The notes: a model not told the origin generated them from the letters alone. DNA of 16,084 nt from Candidatus Altiarchaeota archaeon (GCA_043800705.1 JAZDMS010000004.1:1-16084), one strand, 5' to 3'; numbered from the stretch's first letter, positions 1 to 9,427 are shown. Numbers and translations: made by a program.

Positions 1-195
1 CCTCTCACACTTCAGGCGTGAACTGTGGAAGTTCGACCAGAGATACAACAACTGGCGAAAGCAGGAACCGTTAAGCTGGCTGACGCCAGCCAGCGTCTAC
101 AACAACCCGCGATATTTTAACAAGGACTACAAAGTACTCAATAAGCGGCCATAAAATCGTGCAACAAAAGCGGACAAAAATTCATGCACTATACA
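1..195 (+). mobile_element. Right end of an IS481-like insertion sequence
   Basis: The transposase tail is followed by ...GTGCAACAAAAGCGGACAAAAATTCATGCACTATACA, ending in ACA at 195. IS481 elements have TGT...ACA termini. The left end is not in the window. Confidence 0.55.
2..154 (+). CDS. C-terminal fragment of a DDE integrase-core transposase (IS481/IS3-like); 5' part lies outside the window
   Basis: Not in the ORF track. Frame 2 reads LSHFRRELWKFDQRYNNWRKQEPLSWLTPASVYNNPRYFNKDYKVLNKRP*. This resembles the 'YN..R.H..L...TP...Y' tail of rve-type transposases, with Q in place of H. Confidence 0.7.
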   Translation, partial: LSHFRRELWKFDQRYNNWRKQEPLSWLTPASVYNNPRYFNKDYKVLNKRP

Positions 196-1465
196 GGTAG
201 TCAATTCTTATTGTTTGGTTTGATGGTGTAGTTCCATTCACCGTGAAACTTTTCGGGTATTTTGTTGATATTGGAGTACTCATCGTCTGTGGCCTTTTTT
301 CCTGTTGGGTATTTGTTGGTGTCGAGAACGCATTTGACGGTGAGGCCTTTTGAGGTTTTTGTTGCTGCTATGAGGTTGACGATGGTGACATGGCTTATGA
401 GCGGTTTGCCGCGCCAGTTCTGGCTGATGAAACTGAAGAGGCGGTGTTCTGTTTTGTTCCATTTGCTTGTGCCGGGTGGAAAGTGCCGAACTCGTGTCGT
501 GACTCTGGTTTCGTTGCTGAATCGCTGAAGTTCATATTTCCAAAGTCGCGTGCGTGGGCTGTTGCTTCCGCCCGTGTCGGCGGTTATAGTGAGCGATGTC
601 GCATGCGGATATGTTTTTTTGCCAACTGCAGTCCACCATCGGCGGATACTCTCAACGGCAAATTCAGCTGTGTCGCCATCGATGCCGACATTTACCCATC
701 ATCTGTTTTTGTCGATGTCAAAGATACCGTAGGGGACTGCTTTACCGGGTTCAGGTATCTCAAAATCATGGACGCGAACTTCTTCTGGGTGCCCTTTTGG
801 ATGCCATTCGCACCCGTTATTTTTGAAGTTTCCTATGATTTCCTTCTTTTTCGTGTCTACGCTGATGACAGGTTGGTGATGTTTTTGTTGCATTTTCACG
901 TCCTTGTTTATGAATTCGAACTGTGCATTTCGGTCTTGGTGGCTTGTTCCTTCACGTGTCTTCCTGTTTGCTTGCAGGCTGTAACCGTTTTGTCGCAGGA
1001 GTTGGGCAACGAGCTCATGACTTGCTACGTGACCTTGTTTGCGAAGTTCTTGCGCCAGTATCCGTAGGCTTTTAGAAGTATACCTGAGAGGTGATTCTGG
1101 ATCTCCTCTCGTTGCTGGTTCGACCAGAATCTCTATGTCCGAAAGTAGTGTAGAGTCTTTTTCAACATTTTTTTTCCGTCCTCCGCCTTCTTTCCGCTGA
1201 CGCACTCCGGCATGTGACGGGGGTGTATTGAGTTCTTTAATGCCTTTTGTGATGGTGTCTCTAGACATTCCAGTGGCATGAGCAACGTGAGAGACGCCGC
1301 CCCAGCCGATAGCTTTCGCTTCAGTGGCTGCCCAGAGGCGGCGAGCCCGTTCGTCAAGGCATGGACGTAACTCCAGAAATTTCTGCTTAATCACCGACTT
1401 ATCACACATACGCTAGTATGTGAAACCATCCTTAATAATTGCATATGTTATTATTTGACAGACTC
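196..1465 (-). mobile_element. ISAzo13-family insertion sequence; the terminal repeat downstream of the transposase is missing or displaced
   Basis: Transposase plus a candidate upstream end TAA|GAGTCTGTCAAATAATAAC on the minus strand. GC is visibly lower than in the uvr genes. Confidence 0.75.
201..1409 (-). pseudogene. ISAzo13-family transposase (Rhodopirellula-type DDE), interrupted by an in-frame TGA at codon 237
   Basis: N-terminal motifs LDERARRLWAATEA, GGGRK, TRGDPESPLRYTSKS, GYSLQANRKT, PVISVDTKKKE and VHDF. After the TGA at 701-699 the same frame continues WVNVGIDGDTAEFAVESIRRWW...ITADTGGSN...HFPPGTSKWNKTEHRLFSFISQNWRGKPL...FHGEWNYTIKPNNKN* to the stop at 203-201, 403 codons in total. 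Confidence 0.93.
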
Positions 1466-1468
1466 TTA
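1447..1468 (-). repeat. Candidate left terminal inverted repeat of the ISAzo13 element plus a 3-bp TTA/TAA target site
   Basis: The + strand reads GTTATTATTTGACAGACTC|TTA, which fits ISAzo13 ends (GA/GG termini, 3-bp AT-rich target). No partner repeat is visible in the window. Confidence 0.55.
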
Positions 1469-1490
1469 ACAGCTATATTGCCTATGCAAT

Positions 1491-2477
1491 ATGGTAAAGA
1501 TATGCCTCGCCGCCAACTCTGGAGGCCATCTGAATGAACTGTTGAGGTATGGGGATTTCTACGGGAAGTATGAGCGGTTCTTCGTGACCGACGGGCACCG
1601 GTCTACAGAGTCGCTTCAGGCGGGGGAGCGTGTCTACTTCGTCGGAAAATTTATTCTCTTGGAGTGCGTAAGTAAAGCGGATTTCGTAAGGCCGCTGAAA
1701 AATCTCTTCCAGAGCTTCCGCATACTCCTCAGGGAGAGGCCGGATGTAGTCGTAACGACCGGCGTCGCCACGGCCTTCGGTGTGGGCGTCCTGTGTAGGC
1801 TGTTTGGCTCAAGGCTCGTGTTTATCGAGTCTATCGCGAGGACGAAGTCCCCGTCAAAATTCGGGAGGCTGATATATCCGATCGCAAACCTTACCCTCGT
1901 CCCCTGGGAGAATATGCTCAGACACTACCCCAAGGGGGTATATGTCGGCTTCAAGCTTGATTTGCCAGAGAGGAAGTCGCCAGCCTCGCTGAAAAGGATA
2001 TTCCTCACTGTCGGAACCCAGAAGACACAGTTCAACATGCTCATTAGGGAGATGGACCGGCTCGTGGAGGTTGGTGAAATCAAGGCGAAGGCCACAGCCC
2101 AGATCGGCGGTTCGGATTATCTGCCAAGAAATTTCGAATACGTCGTTTACTCAAGCCCGGAGGAGGTTAAGATGATGACCGACGAGGCGGATGTCGTGGT
2201 GACACACGGAGGGGTGGGCTCTATCACTTATGCATTGCAGAAGGGCAAGCCTGTCGTCGCAGTCCCGCGGCTGAAGTCGCAGGGGGAATACTTTGACGAC
2301 CACCAGCTTCAGCTCGTCGGCGAGTTGGCGAAGCTAGGATTGATTCTGCCGGTCTATGACATATGCGACCTTGGCTCGGCTATAAAGAAGTCAGCGGACC
2401 ATACGCCGAAGCCCTTCAGCGTAAAAAACACCCGAGTCGAAGTGCTGGACAGGTTCATCCAAGAGTTTAAGGGCTAG
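1491..2477 (+). CDS. Fused Alg14/PssD(Cps14F)-Alg13/PssE(Cps14G)-like glycosyltransferase (GT-B fold)
   Basis: N-half: ICLAANSGGHLNEL, ERPDVVVTTG, FIESIAR (PssD/Alg14-like). C-half from about aa 170: IFLTVGTQKTQF, AQIG, ADVVVTHGGVGSI, VPRLKSQGEYFDDHQLQL (PssE/Alg13-like). Confidence 0.88.
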   Translation: MVKICLAANSGGHLNELLRYGDFYGKYERFFVTDGHRSTESLQAGERVYFVGKFILLECVSKADFVRPLKNLFQSFRILLRERPDVVVTTGVATAFGVGVLCRLFGSRLVFIESIARTKSPSKFGRLIYPIANLTLVPWENMLRHYPKGVYVGFKLDLPERKSPASLKRIFLTVGTQKTQFNMLIREMDRLVEVGEIKAKATAQIGGSDYLPRNFEYVVYSSPEEVKMMTDEADVVVTHGGVGSITYALQKGKPVVAVPRLKSQGEYFDDHQLQLVGELAKLGLILPVYDICDLGSAIKKSADHTPKPFSVKNTRVEVLDRFIQEFKG

Positions 2478-2532
2478 GTTCCGTTGGCATGTTCGACCGC
2501 AGTATCGATCCAGCGTTGGATCATTTGATCTT

Positions 2533-3048
2533 TTAATATCGGAAATGCCAGCATCTTACCATCAGGAGGATTCCGACCATTAGGGCAGACCCTATGCCAA
2601 GATTAGTCAGGTACGGCGATTTTTGGCTTACTTGTGCGCTATCCAGGGAGGACACAGTGTAGTCTAATGTTTGGTTGAGTTCCAGCGTCTGGGGATTCGT
2701 GTAGAATTGAAGTTTGACGCCGTATAGGTCGTCTGTTATTGGCCATAGGAGTGGTATTCCCGGGGGGCCCATGTCCAAAAGCAGGTGCGATGACAGGAGG
2801 AACAGGGCTGCGAAGGCTGCGAATCTCCCGGCTTTCTCGCTGTCGCGCCTTGCGACTGCATATGTCAGCAGGGTCAAGGCCAGGGCCGTGGCCACGCTGT
2901 GCAGCGCCCATCGGTGTAGCTTGAGGATGAAATCGACGTCCAGGACTATTGCCAGGGGGGAGATTGCCAGTATCAGCCGTTTCCTTTCCGGGAAGAATGA
3001 GAGGAGGGCGAGGGTCGGTATAAGGTAGTGGAGGAGGGGTTCAACCAT
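2533..3048 (-). CDS. Membrane-bound metal-dependent hydrolase (YdjM/DUF457-like)
   Basis: Hydrophobic protein with H...LDVD...HRWALHS...SHLLLD...GIPLLWP motifs. The ATG at 3048 (MVEPLLH) is preferred over the TTG at 3060. Confidence 0.78.
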   Translation of the reverse strand: MVEPLLHYLIPTLALLSFFPERKRLILAISPLAIVLDVDFILKLHRWALHSVATALALTLLTYAVARRDSEKAGRFAAFAALFLLSSHLLLDMGPPGIPLLWPITDDLYGVKLQFYTNPQTLELNQTLDYTVSSLDSAQVSQKSPYLTNLGIGSALMVGILLMVRCWHFRY

Positions 3049-3056
3049 TTTTTGCC

Positions 3057-3653
3057 TCAATACGGTAGGAAGTGTATCTCGCAGTGGCTCATCTTGGCGT
3101 AGAATTCGAGGTCGGCCTTTTTCTGGTTTGTTCCGTAGAATATCTGGTCGAATCCGAACCAGGTGATGAACCAGCCGCTCGGCTCCAGTAGGACGATGAG
3201 GAACTGGCCGAGGAAGTCATCGCTTGATGCGGTCCTTATGTAGGTGGAGGCCATCATCAGGCCCATCCCGCATGCGACTATGATCATTCCTTGGCGTTTT
3301 AGCTTTGTAACCTCCGTTAGGAGGATGCTATGGTGTTTCCTGAAGTGCTCGTGCAGCCTCTTCTTTACGGTCTCGTTGGTCTTGGGGTCGTGCTTTGCCG
3401 CAGGTATCAGGAACTTCAGGTCTATCGTGCCGGAGGTCTTTTCCCTAGAGGCTTTCTTGCTCTCGTTGAGGAAGTCGTCGGAGAGGGCGCGCTCCGAAAG
3501 CGACCTTGGGTCGAAGTCGCTGAATATGTCGTCGTAGCCGTCCAGCCACAGGCTTATCTCGGACATCTGCAGCAATTTTTGCTTCTCCTCCTCTGAGACG
3601 ACGGGCGGGATATCCTGGCGCGCGGGTTTCGGCTGCGATTTGGCTTCGGTCAT
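3057..3653 (-). CDS. Hypothetical membrane protein with two C-terminal TM helices
   Basis: 198-aa ORF in an operon-like run. It has an acidic motif LDGYDDIFSDFDPRSLSERALSDDF and two hydrophobic segments ending in EPSGWFITWFGFD. Confidence 0.75.
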   Translation of the reverse strand: MTEAKSQPKPARQDIPPVVSEEEKQKLLQMSEISLWLDGYDDIFSDFDPRSLSERALSDDFLNESKKASREKTSGTIDLKFLIPAAKHDPKTNETVKKRLHEHFRKHHSILLTEVTKLKRQGMIIVACGMGLMMASTYIRTASSDDFLGQFLIVLLEPSGWFITWFGFDQIFYGTNQKKADLEFYAKMSHCEIHFLPY

Positions 3654-3665
3654 TTTGTTTATTGA

Positions 3666-4154
3666 TTATCGGCTGAGGATATATTCCAGGAAATCGCCGG
3701 TTTTTCTGCCTACGCGGCGGCTGGAATTCCATAACCTGACTTTGGCGGCGTATTCCTCGCATTCCCGTATGCGATCATTCACAAGGCATTCGATGTTTTC
3801 CCATGGGTCGACGTCCCAGTCGCAGACCCTGTGGCTGATTGGGTTTCCCCCCTGGCTGAAGGGGTAAAGGCGGCAGAGGTAGGGGTGCATGCCGTGTATG
3901 CTGCACCTTAATCCCTCCCTGCCCGCGCTCGACAGGATGCATGAGTGGTCGGGGCGGTGGGCGATGACCAGGTAGTGATAGCCATCCTCCAGCCGCACAT
4001 CCGGGTATGTGCTGTATAGGTCGCCGACTGGCAGCCAATCGACGAAATCCTTCGGCGCCATGCCCGATGACTGAAGACGCTTCAGGTCCGCATCGGTTAT
4101 CGGAACCCGGTATCGTGTGCAACAGTGGCCTTTGCATCCATGGCAGTTGCGCAT
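3666..4154 (-). CDS. YkgJ-family cysteine-cluster protein (CxxCxxxCC, putative Fe-S/Zn binding)
   Basis: CHGCKGHCC at the N-terminus, then C..L and CSIHGMHPYLCRLYPF (family pattern C.IY..RP..CR.YPF). Confidence 0.85.
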   Translation of the reverse strand: MRNCHGCKGHCCTRYRVPITDADLKRLQSSGMAPKDFVDWLPVGDLYSTYPDVRLEDGYHYLVIAHRPDHSCILSSAGREGLRCSIHGMHPYLCRLYPFSQGGNPISHRVCDWDVDPWENIECLVNDRIRECEEYAAKVRLWNSSRRVGRKTGDFLEYILSR

Positions 4155-4163
4155 AGGATAGGA

Positions 4164-6995
4164 TTATGAGCGGGGATAATTATACAAAACGTTCTTCAGG
4201 TATTCTCCGGTGTAGCTGTCCTTGTTCTTCGCTATCTCCTCCGGTGTTCCCTCCGCTAGTATCCTGCCGCCGGCGTCCCCGCCGTCGGGGCCGAGGTCTA
4301 TGATGTGGTCCGCGGTCTTGATGACGTCGAGGTTGTGTTCTATGACGATTACGGTGTTGCCTTTGTCAACGAGGCGGTTGAGGACCTCCAGGAGCTTTTT
4401 TACATCGTGGGTGTGCAGGCCCGTGGTCGGCTCGTCAAGGAGATATATGGTCTTGCCTGTGCCGGTCTTCGAGAGCTCGAGGGTGAGTTTGATCCTCTGC
4501 GCCTCTCCTCCGGAGAGGGTGGTCGCGGGCTGGCCGAGCTTTATGTATCCGAGGCCGACGTCGGCCAGGAGGCTGAGTTTTTTGTGTATCCGCGGTATCT
4601 TGTCGAAGAACGGGATGGCTTCGTCGACGGTCATGGACAGGACGTCCGAGATGCTCCTGCCCCTGTATTTGATCTCCAGCGTCTCCGTGGTGAACCTTGT
4701 GCCGCCGCATTCGTCGCATTGGATGTATATGTCCGGTAGGAAGTTCATCTCGATCTTTATGATGCCGTCGCCCTGGCATTTCTCGCATCGGCCTCCGGAG
4801 ACGTTGAAGCTGAACCTTCCGGGGCCGTAGCCTCGGACCTTCGCCTCGTGTATCTGGCTGAAGAGTTCCCGGACGGGGGTGAAGAGGCCGGTGTATGTGG
4901 CTGGGTTGCTCCTGGGGGTGCGGCCGATCGGGGACTGGTCTATGACTACGGCCTTGTCGACGTATTCGAGGCCTGCTATCTTCTTGTGCGCGCCGGGCTT
5001 GTCCTTGCTTCCGTACAGCCTGCGCATCAGGGATTTCGCGAGCGTCTCGTTTATGAGTGTGCTTTTTCCGCTGCCTGATACGCCGGTTATGCATATGAAT
5101 TTGCCGAGGGGGAACCGGACATCTATCTGTTGGAGGTTGTTCTCCGATGCTCCGAAGACAGAGAGGATGCGCCCGTTGCCGGGCCTTCGTTCCTTCGGGA
5201 CGTCGATCTTCAATTCGCCGGTGAGGTATCTCCCCGTCAGGGACCTTTTGTTCGCCTTTATCTCCTTCGGGGTGCCTGCCGCGACGATGTGTCCTCCGTT
5301 CGCGCCGGCGCCGGGGCCGAGGTCGATGACGTAGTCCGCGGCCTCGATGGTATCGTTGTCGTGTTCCACGACGATGACGGTGTTGCCGAGGTCCCTGAGG
5401 CTCTTGAGCGTCTCCAGGAGCCGGTGATTGTCCTTCTGGTGGAGGCCTATGGAAGGCTCGTCGAGTATGTACATGACGCCGACGAGCTGGCTGCCTATCT
5501 GCGTGGCGAGCCTTATCCTCTGGCTCTCTCCCCCGGAGAGGGTCGACGAATGCCTGTCGAGGGCGAGGTATTCGAGCCCTACGTTCTCGAGGAACGACAG
5601 GCGCGCGTTTATCTCCTTCACCACCTGGACGGAGATCTTCTTCTGCTGTTCGTCGAGCTTGAGGCCCTTCATGAATGCGTGGGCGTCCTTCACCGGCATC
5701 TCCGTAAGTTCCGCTATGTTCTTGCCGCCGACCAGGACTGCAAGGACCTCCTTCTTGAGGCGCTTCCCCTTGCACAGCGGGCAGGGGGTCGTCGCCATGT
5801 ATCCCTGTATCCACTCCTTCATTCCCTCGCTCTTGGTCTCCTTGTGCCTGCGCCCCAGGTTCGGGATGACTCCTTCCCAGGTCCCCTGGTACTCCCATCT
5901 GCCGACGCCGTCGCGGGCTATGTGTTTGAAATGGTACCGCCGCTCCCCGGTCCCGTAAAGGAGGGATTCAAGGCCCTTTTCCGGCCATTCACTCAGGGGT
6001 TTCGAGACGTCGATGCCGAGTTCGGCTGCCACTGTCTTGAACGCCTTCAGGTAGAAGGCGTCGATGGTAGCGCCCCACGCGTCCACAGCCCCGTCGTCTA
6101 TGGTGAGCGACTTGTCCGGCACTATGAGGTCCGGGTCGAGCTCCAGTTTCACGCCGAGCCCCTGGCATTCGGGGCATGCGCCGTGGGGGCTGTTGAAGCT
6201 GAACATCCTCGGCTGAAGCTCCTCCATATTTATCCCGCATTCGGGGCAGCCGAGCTTCTGCGAATACGTGGTCTTTCCGCCGGCGTGTTCGACCTCCACG
6301 AGGCCTTTCGAAAGCTGCAGCGCGGTCTCGACGTCCTCTATTATCCGCTGCCTGTTATCCTTCTTCCTTGCGACCTCGTCGATGACGATGCTTATCGAGT
6401 GCTTGAAGTACTTCCCGAGCCTGATGTTCCCCTCGATGGGGACGCGCTTCCCGTCGATGACTGCCTCGGAGTAGCCGTCGTCCAGGTATTCTTTCAGTTG
6501 AGTGTGGTATTCGCCTTTGCGGTCCCTCACCACGGGCGCGAGGACGGTCACCTTCTTGCCCTCGAGGCGGAGTATCTGCTCCGCTATCTGGCCCTTCGAC
6601 TGGATCGTTATCGCCCTGCCGCATTCCGGGCAGTGCGGCACGCCGATGCGCGCATACAGGAGCCTGAGGTAGTCGTATATCTCCGTGACCGTCCCCACTG
6701 TGCTCCTCGGGTTCTTGCTCGTGGTCTTCTGCTGAATGCTGACGGCGGGCGACAGGCCTTCGATGTAGTCGACGTCCGGCTTCTCCATGAGGCCGAGGAA
6801 CTGGCGGGCGTATGCGCTTAGGGATTCGACATACCTCCTCTGGCCTTCCGCGTACAGCGTGTCGAATGCGAGCGACGACTTGCCGCTGCCGGAGAGGCCG
6901 GTGATGACGACCAGCCTGTCCCGCGGTATTCTGACGTCTATGTTCTTGAGGTTGTGCTCCCTCGCCCCCTTTATGAATATCTCACTTGCTCCCAT
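4164..6995 (-). CDS. uvrA: Excinuclease ABC subunit A
   Basis: [10 protein letters not shown] start, two Walker A motifs ([16 protein letters not shown]), LSGGESQR and LSGGEAQR signatures, LDEP Walker B motifs, CxxC zinc fingers; 943 aa. GAGGTGG lies upstream of the start. Confidence 0.99.
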   Translation of the reverse strand: MGASEIFIKGAREHNLKNIDVRIPRDRLVVITGLSGSGKSSLAFDTLYAEGQRRYVESLSAYARQFLGLMEKPDVDYIEGLSPAVSIQQKTTSKNPRSTVGTVTEIYDYLRLLYARIGVPHCPECGRAITIQSKGQIAEQILRLEGKKVTVLAPVVRDRKGEYHTQLKEYLDDGYSEAVIDGKRVPIEGNIRLGKYFKHSISIVIDEVARKKDNRQRIIEDVETALQLSKGLVEVEHAGGKTTYSQKLGCPECGINMEELQPRMFSFNSPHGACPECQGLGVKLELDPDLIVPDKSLTIDDGAVDAWGATIDAFYLKAFKTVAAELGIDVSKPLSEWPEKGLESLLYGTGERRYHFKHIARDGVGRWEYQGTWEGVIPNLGRRHKETKSEGMKEWIQGYMATTPCPLCKGKRLKKEVLAVLVGGKNIAELTEMPVKDAHAFMKGLKLDEQQKKISVQVVKEINARLSFLENVGLEYLALDRHSSTLSGGESQRIRLATQIGSQLVGVMYILDEPSIGLHQKDNHRLLETLKSLRDLGNTVIVVEHDNDTIEAADYVIDLGPGAGANGGHIVAAGTPKEIKANKRSLTGRYLTGELKIDVPKERRPGNGRILSVFGASENNLQQIDVRFPLGKFICITGVSGSGKSTLINETLAKSLMRRLYGSKDKPGAHKKIAGLEYVDKAVVIDQSPIGRTPRSNPATYTGLFTPVRELFSQIHEAKVRGYGPGRFSFNVSGGRCEKCQGDGIIKIEMNFLPDIYIQCDECGGTRFTTETLEIKYRGRSISDVLSMTVDEAIPFFDKIPRIHKKLSLLADVGLGYIKLGQPATTLSGGEAQRIKLTLELSKTGTGKTIYLLDEPTTGLHTHDVKKLLEVLNRLVDKGNTVIVIEHNLDVIKTADHIIDLGPDGGDAGGRILAEGTPEEIAKNKDSYTGEYLKNVLYNYPRS

Positions 6996-8925
6996 GTTTT
7001 TTCCACCTCATCTGCGTCAGCATGTCCCTGAGCTTGATGGCCTCTTCGAAGTCCATCCTCGCCGAGGCCTCCTTCATCATCCGTTCGACCTCGTCATATG
7101 GCAGTTCCGCGTAGACCTTCCCGTCGACGTCTTCGGCCTTCTTCTCGACTATGCGTTCGTGTATCTTCTTGATGATGGTCTTCGGCTCTATGCCGTGTTT
7201 CCTGTTGTGTTCGATCTGGATGCTCCTCCTCCTCGAGGTCTCCCTTACGGCGGATTCTATCCCAGCAGTCATCTTGTCGGCGTATAATATGACCTTCCCG
7301 TCGATGTTCCTCGAGCAGCGGCCTATGGTCTGTATGAGGCTGGTCTCCGAGCGCAGGAATCCCGCCTGGTCGGCGTCCAATATCGCCACGAGCGAGACCT
7401 CAGGCAGGTCCAATCCTTCCCGGAGGAGGTTGACTCCGACCAGGACGTCTATCGAGCCTGCCCTAAGCCCCCGGAGGAGGTCCACCCGCTCGAACGTCTC
7501 TATCTCGCTGTGGAGGTATTTGACCTTGAATCCCTTCTTGTGCAGGTAGTCGGACAGGTCTTCGCTCATCCTTTTCGTCAGGGTAGTTGCCAGGACCCTC
7601 TGCCCGGATTCCACCCTGGCCTTCGCCTCTTTCATGAGGTCGTCGATCTGATTAGTCGCGGGCCGCACCTCGACTTCGGGGTCTACGAGGCCCGTCGGCC
7701 GGATGATCTGCTCCACTATGTTCTGGGAGATCTTCCGCTCGTAGTCGGCCGGCGTCGCCGAGACGTATACGACCTGGCTGATGCGCCTCTCGAACTCCTC
7801 CCACTTCAGCGGCCTGTTGTCTATCGCGGAGGGGAGCCTGAATCCGTACTGCACCAGGGTCTCCTTCCTGCTTCTGTCGCCGTTGTGCATCCCCCTGATC
7901 TGGGGGACTGTCATGTGCGATTCGTCTATGAAGCAGAGCCAGTCCTTCGGATAGAAGTCGAGGAGGGTGTTCGGAGGGGAGCCTGGCTTCCGGTCTTCGA
8001 GGTGCCTCGAATAGTTCTCGATCCCCTTGCAGTATCCGAGCTCATCGATCATCTCCAGGTCGTATTCTGTCCTCTGCTTGAGGCGGTTGGCTTCGATAAG
8101 TTTGCCTTTCGACTCCAATTCATTCAGCCGTTCCTTCAGCTCCCCCCGGATGGCATCTATGGCCTTCTCCTTCTCGTCTTCGGGGAGTATGTAGTGGACT
8201 GCGGGATAAATTCTGAGCGTCTTCATATCTGCGGTCTTCTGTCCGGTGACGGCATGTATTTCCTGGATGGACTCCACGGACTCGTCCGCCCTGACGCGGT
8301 ATATCCTGTCGCTGTATGGGGGGAAGACGTCTATCTGCGGGCCCCTCGCCCTGAACTCGCCCTCGACGGGAGCGCTCGGCCGCCGCTCATAGTGCATGTC
8401 GACGAGGGACCTTATGAGTACGTCGCGTCCCATATTTCCCCCTTCTTCTATGAGGAGCGTGCTCTCCTGGTACTCCTTCGGGCTTCCGAGGCCGTAGATA
8501 GCGGACACTGTGGCGACTACGAGGACGTCTTTGCGATCCATGAGGCTGGACGTCGTCCTGTGCTTGAGCTTCTCGATCTCGTCGTTTATGTCCGCGTCCT
8601 TTGCTATGTATGTGTCCGTTGCCGGCAGATAGGCCTCGGGCTGGTAGTAGTCGTAGTAGCTGACGAAGTATTCGACCGCGTTCTGGGGGAACAGCTCCTT
8701 GAATTCGCTGTACAGCTGCGCTGCGAGGGTCTTGTTGTGTGCCATCACGAGGGTGGGCTTGTTCACGGCGGCGACGACGTTCGCCATAGTATACGTCTTC
8801 CCGCTTCCTGTGACGCCAAGGAGGGTCTGATGGCGGAGGCCCTTCCGTAGACCGCCGATCAACCCTTCTATGGCCTTCGGCTGGTCTCCGGACGGCTTAT
8901 AGCCGCTCACTAGCTTGAAATCCAT
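6982..8925 (-). CDS. uvrB: Excinuclease ABC subunit B
   Basis: [38 protein letters not shown] beta-hairpin, [16 protein letters not shown] and a C-terminal UVR domain. Overlaps uvrA by 14 bp. Confidence 0.99.
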   Translation of the reverse strand: MDFKLVSGYKPSGDQPKAIEGLIGGLRKGLRHQTLLGVTGSGKTYTMANVVAAVNKPTLVMAHNKTLAAQLYSEFKELFPQNAVEYFVSYYDYYQPEAYLPATDTYIAKDADINDEIEKLKHRTTSSLMDRKDVLVVATVSAIYGLGSPKEYQESTLLIEEGGNMGRDVLIRSLVDMHYERRPSAPVEGEFRARGPQIDVFPPYSDRIYRVRADESVESIQEIHAVTGQKTADMKTLRIYPAVHYILPEDEKEKAIDAIRGELKERLNELESKGKLIEANRLKQRTEYDLEMIDELGYCKGIENYSRHLEDRKPGSPPNTLLDFYPKDWLCFIDESHMTVPQIRGMHNGDRSRKETLVQYGFRLPSAIDNRPLKWEEFERRISQVVYVSATPADYERKISQNIVEQIIRPTGLVDPEVEVRPATNQIDDLMKEAKARVESGQRVLATTLTKRMSEDLSDYLHKKGFKVKYLHSEIETFERVDLLRGLRAGSIDVLVGVNLLREGLDLPEVSLVAILDADQAGFLRSETSLIQTIGRCSRNIDGKVILYADKMTAGIESAVRETSRRRSIQIEHNRKHGIEPKTIIKKIHERIVEKKAEDVDGKVYAELPYDEVERMMKEASARMDFEEAIKLRDMLTQMRWKKHGSK

Positions 8926-8954
8926 CGCAACGGAATGATTAGGGAAAACCAGAC

Positions 8955-8960
8955 TATAAA
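8955..8960 (-). promoter_or_regulatory. Candidate archaeal TATA box for uvrB
   Basis: TTTATA on the minus strand, ending about 30 nt upstream of the uvrB ATG in an otherwise GC-rich context. Confidence 0.4.
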
Positions 8961-9083
8961 CCGAGGAGTGAGCTGATGGTAATCACCCGCGTAAGGCGGG
9001 AGATTGCTTAATCAGGCATTGTGCCATTTTTAAGCCGGTTTTCGAATTTGTATATCGGGGTCGGTCGGCTGGGGAGTGGTCCT

Positions 9084-9320
9084 ATGAACGAGAACGCTAA
9101 GAAGAAGGCAAGGCAGAAGGAAGTCATCGAAGGCATCAAGGCGAAATACGACAAGGACACCGGCTTGACCGAAGATAAAAAGGAGGTCCTAAAAAGCTGG
9201 ATCAAAGGCCTCGAAAAGAGGGAGGCTACCAAACCGTCTTCAGCCACCGAAAAGGACAAGGCCCTAGTCCTCAAGATGTACAGGAAGATAGAAGAAAGGG
9301 AGAAGAAGAGGAAGAGTTAA
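9084..9320 (+). CDS. Small Lys/Glu-rich hypothetical protein (78 aa)
   Basis: The ATG at 9084 is preceded by GGGGAGTGGT. The product is MNENAKKKARQKEVIEGIKAKYDKD...KMYRKIEEREKKRKS. The duplicated copy of its 3' end differs largely at synonymous sites, which supports coding status. Confidence 0.72.
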   Translation: MNENAKKKARQKEVIEGIKAKYDKDTGLTEDKKEVLKSWIKGLEKREATKPSSATEKDKALVLKMYRKIEEREKKRKS

Positions 9321-9375
9321 TAGACACACGATCAACAGCCAAGCCTATCGTCTTGTTTTATTTGTCAATGCGTTC

Positions 9376-9396
9376 TGTGGGTTCGAAGAACCCACA
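9376..9396. other. Perfect 9-bp stem-loop, possibly a terminator or processing site
   Basis: TGTGGGTTC-GAA-GAACCCACA. Confidence 0.6.
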
Positions 9397-9427
9397 TAAC
9401 TCGTTTCGGGGGATCAGGGGTACCTTA

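Noticed and set aside
699-701. Host uses TGA=Gly (genetic code 25)
   Set aside because: TGA is the natural stop of uvrB, the 3057-3653 gene, GT-C paralog 2, the YIDPG gene and the transposase itself, and no other gene needs TGA readthrough.
262-1067. Plus-strand ORFs 262-528 and 390-1067
   Set aside because: They are antisense shadows of the ISAzo13 transposase with no recognisable motifs.
4222-8850. Long overlapping ORFs on uvrA/uvrB (5130-6821 +, 563 aa; 7510-8850 +, 446 aa; 4435-5898 -, 487 aa)
   Set aside because: These are expected shadow frames of genes with strong G/C third-position bias; their composition is skewed and they show no domain motifs.
8931-8986. Fluoride riboswitch or hammerhead resemblance (TAAACCG...GCTGATG)
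   Set aside because: The 5' GGNGAUG...UCNCC pairing of the fluoride aptamer is absent, the hammerhead CUGAUGA/GAAA core is incomplete, and no fluoride-related gene is adjacent.
9377-9395. tRNA T-arm-like GTGGGTTCGAA
   Set aside because: No acceptor, D or anticodon arm could be built, and a simple 9-bp hairpin explains it better.
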